Positions 28,964 through 37,561 of a DNA stretch of 58,140 nt are shown in pieces; the first letter of the stretch is position 1, and each line of letters begins with the position of its first letter. The stretch covers positions 1 through 58,140 of IMG/VR virus record IMGVR_UViG_3300009103_000036. One strand, written 5' to 3'. The notes beneath the pieces were generated by a model. It was not told where the DNA came from and ran no database searches. It worked only from the letters and a program-made list of their open reading frames with translations. The translations under genes were made by a program, and so were the position numbers. Source of the stretch: a virus (Duplodnaviria; Caudoviricetes).

Positions 28964-29002
28964 CTATATATCAAAATCTTTTATTTAAAGCCTTTAAAAA
29001 AG

Positions 29003-32000
29003 CTAGCTTTTGACGTGAGAGTCCTTGCCTCTGCGATTGATATCAATGACATTATCAACCACATCTTTAACAGCATCTACGTGAGAAATAATTAAAATAT
29101 TTTTAAACCATCGCTTTAGTGATTCTAACAGTCGATTACATGCTTCAACATTCATCTCATCAAGCGTTCCAAAGCCCTCATCAATAACTAGCATATTAGT
29201 CTTGGGCAGTGAAGAAATATTAATCAAAGCAACTCTAATCGCTAGGGAAGAAAGCATCTTCTCCATTCCAGACGCAAGCTCTATTACTCTCCTTGAATCA
29301 CCGTAATTAATATAGATATCCATCGCATTAGAGTTTGCATCAGCTTCAAGCTCAACAGTAAAACCAACAGTATTTTGTAGAATCTTTGAAATCTCAGCAT
29401 TGATAACTGGAAGCTGTGTCATGATAATCTGTAAAGGTATTCCTTTTTTAGAAACAGCCTGCAAAAATAAATTATAAACCTTCCACTTCGTCTTAAGCTC
29501 TAAAAATTTATTCTTTTCCTGTCTAGTCATCTTTAGATCACTTTCAAGTTTTCCAACTGTCTGTGCAGTAGAAATTCTTTGTGCATCCAACTCATTAATC
29601 TCACTGTTCAATAAGATCATTTCATTCTTAATCATCTGAACATTGTCATCAATATTTTCGCTAGTAACTCTTGCCTGCATGTCTCTTAAACCAGCTTTTG
29701 CATCTACGGTTTGGCTCTTTAAAGTCGTCAATCTTGATTGAAGGTTATGTTGATGCAGTCCCTCTTCTGACAAAAGAATTCTCTGATCAGACTCTTTTTT
29801 TAAGATATCATCATATCTTCGAACCTTTTCTCCTAGCTTTTCTTTTTGAAGATTTTCTATTGCTCTCTGCGCCGCGCCTGTCTCATCTAGCAGCTTTAAT
29901 ACGGACTCTTTTTGATCAGATACTAAACCCTTGTTCTCATGCGAATCTTTAATAAATCGACATGTTGGAAATGAATCACCACAAGGAATTCCCTCTAACT
30001 TTTTAATTGATCGTTCTTGATTTTTAAGAAGCGCTAGCTCTCTCTCATAATCTGATCTTATCTTAATTAAAAATTTCTCAAGACTCTGTTGTGATTGAAT
30101 CTTTTCTCGAAGCTCTTCAATGGGAAATTGGGACTTGAATATTTCAATTTTTTTAATCTTATCCCCAATCTCATCTAATTTTTTCTTTGACTTCTTAATT
30201 GACTTATTAGTTTCTTTAACATTTTCAACAAGATTTTCTAATGTTTCTCGTTGTCGAATAACGTCATCAGGTGTAATCACATCATCATTAGTGTGCTTGG
30301 CAATCTCTAGCTGTAAATTGTGATAGTGAAGGCGCTTTTGATTAATGTCACGCTCGTACTTTTTAATCTCATCCCTTTTCTCAGCTGTTTTATTTTTTAA
30401 ATCAAAAATAATTACATCCCACTCTCTATCAGGAACATTTGACATCTGGGCTTTAATCGCTGCTGATTCATCCTTGGCAAGTTGAGACATTTTTTCAAAT
30501 ACATTTAGATCTAAAAACTTTGTTAAAATTAGCTTTCTAGAAGTCGCACGTTCTTTTATAAACGTGTTCATTTCTCCTTGTGAGGCAAGCGAAGTCATTA
30601 AAAAATCTTCAGACGTTCCAATCTTTCTTCTAACAACTTTTTCTGTCTCTCTTCTTTGCTCTTCAGTAAGATCTCTAATGATCTCACCATTCTCGTTGAT
30701 TTGAAAAAAGTTTAAGTGAGTTGTGGCATTAACCTGGCCTCGACGATTTTCGTGTTTTACCGATTGCCTTTCAAGCCGATAATTTTTTCCATTGATCATT
30801 AAATCAACTGCGGCCTTGCAATGACCTTTTCTTGTGTTAATAATGTGAAGATTTTTAATCGGACCCCTATCTGTAGTATTGTAAAGACAATACATTATAG
30901 TTCCAACAATAGAAGATTTTCCGCATCTATTTGGCCCAAATATTCCAGTAATTCCTCTTAGTGTATTAAAATCAATTTGATTATTTTTTCCAAAAGCAAA
31001 CGTATTGTCAAATGATACATTCTTAATAGTCCACTTAGTATTTCTAGAAATATCATCAGACTTTGAGGTTTGAGACAAATATAATCTAATTAACTCTTCT
31101 AGCTTAGTCCATTCCTCGTCACTCAAACTAGCATTCTCATAATAGCTTTTAAAAAGACTTACATGAGTATTAAAATCTCTTAAATCTTCATTGAATGCAC
31201 CTGTTCGATCAACTTTGATTTTTCCCGCATCAAGATCATCATCAATTTTATAAACAATCTCAGATGCATTTTTTATGTGTTTTAATTCAGAGTGAAGATG
31301 AATAATATCAGATTGAGGAATTGCTGTATTTGATCTGACTCTAAATCTTGAACCATCAGGTATTTTATTGGCTGTAGATATTGTCTTCTTAACAGTTCCT
31401 TTCCAATCTATAGTAACAAACGGCTTGTAGTGAGGAATCTGATGAAACTCTACATTAAAGTTATCTTTTCCTCGAATGTCCCAGCAGAGAAATCCTTTTC
31501 CGGGTGATTCTCCATAATTTTGTTGTATTGAAGAACCACAGTAAGCAATCGTTTTATCTTCATTTAAAAATTGACAAGTATGAATATCACCCAAGAGAGC
31601 AAAATCAAACTTATCAAAAAAATCAACTGTTGCCTCTCCTTCAATTGACCAGTCAGAATCTGTTTTTGAACCTAAGACACCTCCGTGAAACAGCGCAATA
31701 TTCACTTCATTGTCAACTGGAAGAACAGACTCCCAACCTAACTCATCAAAACAAGAAAAAACACACCAATTAATTCCAGGAATCCCTGTCGGATAGGTTC
31801 CTGACTGTTTATAGAGGTGTAACCGATCATTATTGAGAGCGGTAATAATTGGGCTTATTGCATCTTGTCTGTGCTTATTTAAAATGAGTCCATCATGATT
31901 TCCAAGAATAATATGAGTTGGGGCAATTTCAGCTAAACCTGTAAACCACCAGTTGAGAATATCAATTAACTCAGGTGAAATTCCCTGAGTTTTAGAATGC

Positions 32001-32152
32001 ACAATATCCCCACCGATATAAATCAAATCGGGTCTTAGTCGTCTTGCTATCTCAAAGAATTCAGTAAATGATTCTTTGTACTCATCGTGGCGTGTTAAGC
32101 CCCTAAAATGAATGTCAGCAAGGTGTAAAATCCTAGCGCTTTTTTTGATCAT
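29003..32152 (-). CDS. Fused Mre11/SbcD nuclease - Rad50/SbcC ATPase (gp47-gp46-like)
   Basis: N-terminal metallophosphoesterase motifs DIH, GGDIVH, GNHD, FHG, LGDIH; Walker A GPNRCGKSS, Q-loop SQG, coiled coil, ASGMEK signature, IDEGFGTLD, ISH. Confidence 0.93.
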   Translation of the reverse strand: MIKKSARILHLADIHFRGLTRHDEYKESFTEFFEIARRLRPDLIYIGGDIVHSKTQGISPELIDILNWWFTGLAEIAPTHIILGNHDGLILNKHRQDAISPIITALNNDRLHLYKQSGTYPTGIPGINWCVFSCFDELGWESVLPVDNEVNIALFHGGVLGSKTDSDWSIEGEATVDFFDKFDFALLGDIHTCQFLNEDKTIAYCGSSIQQNYGESPGKGFLCWDIRGKDNFNVEFHQIPHYKPFVTIDWKGTVKKTISTANKIPDGSRFRVRSNTAIPQSDIIHLHSELKHIKNASEIVYKIDDDLDAGKIKVDRTGAFNEDLRDFNTHVSLFKSYYENASLSDEEWTKLEELIRLYLSQTSKSDDISRNTKWTIKNVSFDNTFAFGKNNQIDFNTLRGITGIFGPNRCGKSSIVGTIMYCLYNTTDRGPIKNLHIINTRKGHCKAAVDLMINGKNYRLERQSVKHENRRGQVNATTHLNFFQINENGEIIRDLTEEQRRETEKVVRRKIGTSEDFLMTSLASQGEMNTFIKERATSRKLILTKFLDLNVFEKMSQLAKDESAAIKAQMSNVPDREWDVIIFDLKNKTAEKRDEIKKYERDINQKRLHYHNLQLEIAKHTNDDVITPDDVIRQRETLENLVENVKETNKSIKKSKKKLDEIGDKIKKIEIFKSQFPIEELREKIQSQQSLEKFLIKIRSDYERELALLKNQERSIKKLEGIPCGDSFPTCRFIKDSHENKGLVSDQKESVLKLLDETGAAQRAIENLQKEKLGEKVRRYDDILKKESDQRILLSEEGLHQHNLQSRLTTLKSQTVDAKAGLRDMQARVTSENIDDNVQMIKNEMILLNSEINELDAQRISTAQTVGKLESDLKMTRQEKNKFLELKTKWKVYNLFLQAVSKKGIPLQIIMTQLPVINAEISKILQNTVGFTVELEADANSNAMDIYINYGDSRRVIELASGMEKMLSSLAIRVALINISSLPKTNMLVIDEGFGTLDEMNVEACNRLLESLKRWFKNILIISHVDAVKDVVDNVIDINRRGKDSHVKS

Positions 32153-32200
32153 TCAAATAAAATTACCCAGCGTCAGTAATTATGTTCAAGTTATTAATTA

Positions 32201-33100
32201 TCATTTTATTATTACCTCAATATTGTTAGCTTTTGGACCTTCTCGATTCATCCTGACAACAATAATCGACTCAAGCATCAGCTCAGATAAAATTCGCACA
32301 GACCTAAAAGGCTTGTCAGATCGATATTTTACCCAGGTCAGCCAGGGTTTCCTTGTATTTTTAAAAATATCTGGCATTGAAACAGTTGCAACAGCTCTTT
32401 TTCCCTTTTTAATTTGTGATTTTATTTTTCTTTCAAATGCCTTGTCATCAATTTTTAACCTTCCCACCTCGGTCATTTTTCCATTTCTATGTTGAAAGCA
32501 CTTAAATGCTATTCTATTTTCTCCTGTCAGCTGGTAATACTGACTAATAATCACATCTTGATGATCATTTGCACCCTGGGGATAGAAAATTAACCAGCTT
32601 CCAAAATTTTCTCTTGACTTAAATCCAGAATCTTTTAGATAAAGAGAGTTCTTTGGCTTTAAAATAATGGGAAAGCTTATTTCATTTTGGCCCTTAGAAA
32701 AATCAAAACTTTTAATAACTTCTATATTTTTAGCCCTTCCGTGCATCTCTAAAATTATCTTATTTCTATCAGTCCACGGACTGTCTCGAAGATCATTTCC
32801 GTCTAATCTCAAAATATCATAAATGTGATATTGATATAAATCCTCTGTGTTCTTTAATACACCAATAACAATAGAATTATTTTTTAAAACATGATTTAAA
32901 GACTCGTTAATGTGATCACAATGTCTTAAGAGTTCATTTCCTAAGCGTGAAAACATTTTTGTATTATTATCTTCTTTTATCGCAATTCCACAAATTCCAG
33001 GTATTTTTTCCTGGTAAATTAAATCTTTTGGATTGTGACTTAAAAAAACGTCTTCTAAAGTACCTAGACGCTTAGCTCTCATAAATGAGACACGACTCAT
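32201..33100 (-). CDS. ATP-dependent DNA ligase-fold protein with degenerate catalytic motifs
   Basis: YQEKIPG (KxDG), FSRLG, YHIYDILRLDGNDLRDSPWTDRNKIL, ILKPKNSLY, OB-fold-like ending YRSDKP. Confidence 0.7.
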   Translation of the reverse strand: MSRVSFMRAKRLGTLEDVFLSHNPKDLIYQEKIPGICGIAIKEDNNTKMFSRLGNELLRHCDHINESLNHVLKNNSIVIGVLKNTEDLYQYHIYDILRLDGNDLRDSPWTDRNKIILEMHGRAKNIEVIKSFDFSKGQNEISFPIILKPKNSLYLKDSGFKSRENFGSWLIFYPQGANDHQDVIISQYYQLTGENRIAFKCFQHRNGKMTEVGRLKIDDKAFERKIKSQIKKGKRAVATVSMPDIFKNTRKPWLTWVKYRSDKPFRSVRILSELMLESIIVVRMNREGPKANNIEVIIK

Positions 33101-33119
33101 TCTTTGCTACCCCAATAGC

Positions 33120-34094
33120 TTAAATTATAGTTCCAGTATTTATCGAATCGATTAAATGGTAGATTCGATCTGTTGCCTTCCATGCGATGGCTTGATCACG
33201 CTTTTTTAAAAAATCAGATTTAGACATTTCCCCCACGTCAGAAAACCTGCCCAAGTCTAAAATTCTTGATTCAACTCCGTAACTGCGAAGTAGTTTGGCA
33301 TATTTTTGTGTTTTATCCTTCATGTCAGAATCTAATGCAAGTAAAACAGGAGTTTGATTGCCAATAATTTCTTTAAAAATCAGGGTCTTTTCTGAAAGCT
33401 GCGACCCTAAAATACATGTAGCATTATCATTACATTTAGTTAAATCAAAAGGTCCTTCAACTAAAGTTATCTCTTTACTCCAATCAACATTGATTTCATT
33501 AAAAATAATATCAGCGCTTTTAACCCTTGCATTAATATACTTTCTATTGACATCAGAGTCAATTGATCTTGCAGTAAAATAATTAAGCCTTCCATGCTTA
33601 TTAAAAGAAGGAATAATGACACGCCTTCGATATCTACCGCTTTTACACGTTCCAAGCTTAAAATACCACATATCTCTATCAGTTAATCCTCTAGATTTGA
33701 TATACCGAATACAGTCTCTAACATCAGGATCCTGATGTCTCATACCTGCCAAAAAGACAAAATCCTTTGGAAGGTGAATCTCAGTATCAACTTCAGCCAT
33801 CTCATTAGTTTCACTAAAATATTTTCCAATCTTTTTTGATTTAAATTTCTTTTCATATTCGCCAATAGACGATGGAAAATATTTTTTAAGTATAGGAAAA
33901 AGAGATTTTGACTTAAAGCCGCATACCCAACAATGACACTGATCTGTCTTTGCATTTATTGACAGTTTTTTCTTTTGGTCGCTTCCTCCCGAACAAGCAG
34001 GACAGTTAACAGCAACATTAATTCCATCACGAGAAATAATGCAGGTTCCAAATGTTTTTTGGATAAAATTTATTTTTTCACGCAGCGTATACAT
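33120..34094 (-). CDS. DNA primase (Zn finger + TOPRIM)
   Basis: CPAC...CHCWVC, YIKSRG, RVIIPS, YFTAR, KY.N, VEGPFD, LDSD, DVGEM. Confidence 0.9.
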   Translation of the reverse strand: MYTLREKINFIQKTFGTCIISRDGINVAVNCPACSGGSDQKKKLSINAKTDQCHCWVCGFKSKSLFPILKKYFPSSIGEYEKKFKSKKIGKYFSETNEMAEVDTEIHLPKDFVFLAGMRHQDPDVRDCIRYIKSRGLTDRDMWYFKLGTCKSGRYRRRVIIPSFNKHGRLNYFTARSIDSDVNRKYINARVKSADIIFNEINVDWSKEITLVEGPFDLTKCNDNATCILGSQLSEKTLIFKEIIGNQTPVLLALDSDMKDKTQKYAKLLRSYGVESRILDLGRFSDVGEMSKSDFLKKRDQAIAWKATDRIYHLIDSINTGTII

Positions 34095-34105
34095 TAAAGC
34101 AAAAG

Positions 34106-34657
34106 CTAACTCATTAATATTCCTGCTCTGGCAATTACAAAAGCATCAGCCATATCATAACAAGCAGGATTTAAAATTGTCTGTCCTTTTCTTGGACCTG
34201 ACTTTAATATTTTAACGGGCCACTGATGGTCTGTATTAGAAATCTCTTCAGAAACCCAACTTAAAACCTGTTCTTTAGTTGAATCATCAGATTTTCTATC
34301 GATCTTTAAACCAACAGACCTTCTAGCAGCATTTACATTTAGCATCTGGGGTTTGATATCAGTCGCCTGATAAGCAACATAAGATACTATTCCGTTAAAT
34401 CTGGCTAGCGTTGACAAAGTTTTTGCAGAAGAAAAACCCGTTCTAAAAGACTGAAGATTTTCCTCAATAAAAATACTATGTATGTCATGTTTGACATAAA
34501 GTTCAGAGATAACATTAGAGACCTCCTGAGCCTTGCTGAATAGATCCCGAAGCTTATCCAACCGTATATATCCTATGTCAATTAGACTACCCTCAGAGTT
34601 TAACACAGACCATCCCGTACATGATGTTGATACGTCAAGTCCAAGAATTAGTGACAT
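34106..34657 (-). CDS. RuvC-like Holliday junction resolvase
   Basis: ILGLDVSTSCTGW, IFIEE, L.RFNGIV, DMADAFVIA; start overlaps upstream stop (TAATG). Confidence 0.85.
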   Translation of the reverse strand: MSLILGLDVSTSCTGWSVLNSEGSLIDIGYIRLDKLRDLFSKAQEVSNVISELYVKHDIHSIFIEENLQSFRTGFSSAKTLSTLARFNGIVSYVAYQATDIKPQMLNVNAARRSVGLKIDRKSDDSTKEQVLSWVSEEISNTDHQWPVKILKSGPRKGQTILNPACYDMADAFVIARAGILMS

Positions 34658-37497
34658 TAAAAATCAATCTTTGTCTTAAAAAGATATTTATCAGAAGCTC
34701 TTTTTAAAATTGGCTGTGCTAATGATGTTCTTGCTATAATATTAAAGTTATCGTCGTGAAAGTTAATTCCAGTAATGTAAACAAACTCACTATCAGAATC
34801 ATTTGCGTCTAATGTGGCTGAAACAATCTGATATGCTGGGTTTGAAGAAGAATTTATCATTCCCTTCGGACAAGGAACGTTAACAGTCATGACATGAATA
34901 TCTTGCTCGCCTTGAAAGCTGATCTCAAACTGATCTTTTCCAAATCTTGGGAGATGAGGTGTTTTAAGTAATACAACCCCTTCACTGTAAAAGACGTTTC
35001 CAATATTATTCCATTTTGCCTGTTCAGATAAGGTATCAGCCCGATAAATCATTCCTCCCCCATCATCTTTTAAGATAATCGAAACATGCCCATTGGATCC
35101 TGTCACGGCTGGATCTTTTATCGTCAAGGTCCCAGGCTTAATTCTCTTTCCGTAATACATGTTAGAGATGTCAAAAAATGTAATCTCATTTGATGAGTTG
35201 TCACCAGTTCTCTGAAAGACAGATAACACATCTCCCGATGCCACACCTGGAGATTCGGGAGATCCTCCCATCACTGATCCAGCAAGAGAACCCGAGTCTT
35301 GAGTGATTGACTTTCTAAACGAACCTGTCGGAATTAGGTCATTCAACGTAATAAAGCTAAGATCCAGTGCACCATTATCTGTGACAAACTTAGACATCAT
35401 TGAACCTGTTGTGGGAATTAGGGTCTTAGTTCCTGATATTAACAAATCAAAGTTTGGAGAGAACTTTCCGTTGTCACAGGGTAAAAGAAGTAAGTTTCTC
35501 GCTCGAACAGAACCTGAAGCGTAGAGATACTCATTTGTCTCTAAGTTCTCACTGGTCGTGTAGGTGATCATCGAAGCTGTTAACTGATATAATCTTGGAT
35601 ACTCTTTTGTCACAAAATCTCGAAGGAAATTTTCTGTATTAATCAGATGACCACCTGTTCCAAACGATAGTGACACATTGAATGGATCGTCTGTAGTGGA
35701 TGTGGTTGTCTGAAAGGGAGAGATTGGCACCTCTCTTGATCTACTCTCCTTCACAAAGAAAGGCGGCAGGTAAAAGAGCATTCCCTTAGTGTCATCAGGA
35801 CCCTCAACTGAGGAAGATAACACCTGGTCATCTGTTCGATAGTGATCAAAGATCTTCAACTCATGTAGTTCAGCATTTAAAGGATGATTAATCAAACTAT
35901 CTACTGCTCCACCCCCACTGTCTGTCGGATCAGATGTTGCTGTTCCTATTGAAGAGAGTCCCTCGTTTCCCGCAACAGTTGTATTAAAAAACTGCTCAAT
36001 AAGATTGCTGCCTGCATTAAAACCATCATAATAATTTCCAATAAATAGCGCTTGGGGATCTGCAATCCTTGGCGAATCTGACGAATAATTTGGTTGCGCG
36101 ATTGTCGTCAGTGGTAAAATAAATGTTCCCCTCTCAACACCGTCAATCATAAATGATCCAGTTCCTTGATTAATCTGACTTGACCCCCATCTTATCGCAA
36201 CATGATGCCAGTGATTCCTCTTTAGGGCATTATCATCAGATAAGAAAACATAGTTGTAAGGTGCTGACCCTGTCTCATGAGATCGATAGCGCTTAGTTCC
36301 TGTATTAATGTTCGACGTATAGGCAATTTGTGAAGGAGGTAGATCAGCACTATGAGTTACCTGTAAGATCAGTCTAAAACCATCAGGGCGGCCGTTAATA
36401 TCAACACTGCTTCCCGTGGTTAGAGAAATAGCGTATGTGGATGAAAGATGAAAGATTCCGCCGGGCCGATAAGACTTTCCTGCCGCCTCAGTGGTGTATC
36501 TAGGGTTGATAAAAAAGTCAAATGTAAATGATCCAGTGGGTGTGTAAGATCCCACTCCGGTGCTTCCAGTATAGGCATTAGGATAGATCAGCGCTGAAGA
36601 GGTTGGAATCAGGGTTCCAGTAAAAAAGTTAAGGGAATTATAGTTTGTGTAGCCATAATCCATTCCAGAGTAGACAGATCGATAATACGGCATCATCACC
36701 TTACGAACTGAGCTTTTAATTCCTGAACTCCTAGTATAAGTGAATGACGGTTCAAATCGTATAATCTCTAACTTCTTCTCCTTCTTAGCTGAAACAGACT
36801 GACTGTGTACCATTCGGATGTAGTCATTCATTGGACCGATAAAGCTACCAATATCTGATCCCCCACCAAAATGTTCTGTTGCCACGAGACCGGCGTCTGT
36901 AATTGTGGTAACAGAATTAAAACCAGATGACTGTGAAATGAATGTATTACCCAGGGCACCGGGTCGCTGTTGCGTCAGTGTGACAAGATAACCGTTTCCA
37001 TCAATCTCAGCATCAATCTCAACGTTTGATGCTCTTAAAGCTGTCACAAAAGCTGTCGCAGCTTGGGCCGCAGAACCTCCAGCTGCGACAACCGGAATAC
37101 TCCCATCTCGATAGCTACTGTCGGTATCCCACTCAAAACTGCCCGTGATAGAAATTCCGTCATCATCGGGCGTGGAATAAATTGTCACGCCCTCTTGATC
37201 GGGAACAGAGCCACCAAAAGAAATTTTTACTGTACCAGGGGTAGCCTTGAGGGCTGCTGATCTAGCCGATAGACGATATATTTCCAGATCCTGATCATTA
37301 GCGACTGAATCCTGAAAAGCACCTAGAGGTCTCGGTTCTTTCTCAATTTTGCTCCTTCGAGCAAAGAGCGGGACAGATCCGGTGACACCTGCAACCATGA
37401 CAAGCGACTCATTTGAAGCTGATGTGAACGTCCGCTTAGGATACGTGACGATCGTGAACTGCTCAAAGTGATCTTTTCCTAGTTTGATAAACGCCAT
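34657..37497 (-). CDS. Baseplate/virion protein with LamG-like domain (946 aa)
   Basis: FTFDFFINP...WHHVAIRW...FMIDG...LFIGN LamG pattern; GNVFYSEG and C-terminal YITGINFHDDNFNIIA...LAQPILK...KIDF shared with 37562-38800. Confidence 0.75.
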   Translation of the reverse strand: MAFIKLGKDHFEQFTIVTYPKRTFTSASNESLVMVAGVTGSVPLFARRSKIEKEPRPLGAFQDSVANDQDLEIYRLSARSAALKATPGTVKISFGGSVPDQEGVTIYSTPDDDGISITGSFEWDTDSSYRDGSIPVVAAGGSAAQAATAFVTALRASNVEIDAEIDGNGYLVTLTQQRPGALGNTFISQSSGFNSVTTITDAGLVATEHFGGGSDIGSFIGPMNDYIRMVHSQSVSAKKEKKLEIIRFEPSFTYTRSSGIKSSVRKVMMPYYRSVYSGMDYGYTNYNSLNFFTGTLIPTSSALIYPNAYTGSTGVGSYTPTGSFTFDFFINPRYTTEAAGKSYRPGGIFHLSSTYAISLTTGSSVDINGRPDGFRLILQVTHSADLPPSQIAYTSNINTGTKRYRSHETGSAPYNYVFLSDDNALKRNHWHHVAIRWGSSQINQGTGSFMIDGVERGTFILPLTTIAQPNYSSDSPRIADPQALFIGNYYDGFNAGSNLIEQFFNTTVAGNEGLSSIGTATSDPTDSGGGAVDSLINHPLNAELHELKIFDHYRTDDQVLSSSVEGPDDTKGMLFYLPPFFVKESRSREVPISPFQTTTSTTDDPFNVSLSFGTGGHLINTENFLRDFVTKEYPRLYQLTASMITYTTSENLETNEYLYASGSVRARNLLLLPCDNGKFSPNFDLLISGTKTLIPTTGSMMSKFVTDNGALDLSFITLNDLIPTGSFRKSITQDSGSLAGSVMGGSPESPGVASGDVLSVFQRTGDNSSNEITFFDISNMYYGKRIKPGTLTIKDPAVTGSNGHVSIILKDDGGGMIYRADTLSEQAKWNNIGNVFYSEGVVLLKTPHLPRFGKDQFEISFQGEQDIHVMTVNVPCPKGMINSSSNPAYQIVSATLDANDSDSEFVYITGINFHDDNFNIIARTSLAQPILKRASDKYLFKTKIDF

Positions 37498-37561
37498 TAC
37501 ACCCTGTATTCCTTGTTAACATTAAAGCGCATTCTTAAGTATGTGAAAGCGCAAGAAGGAA

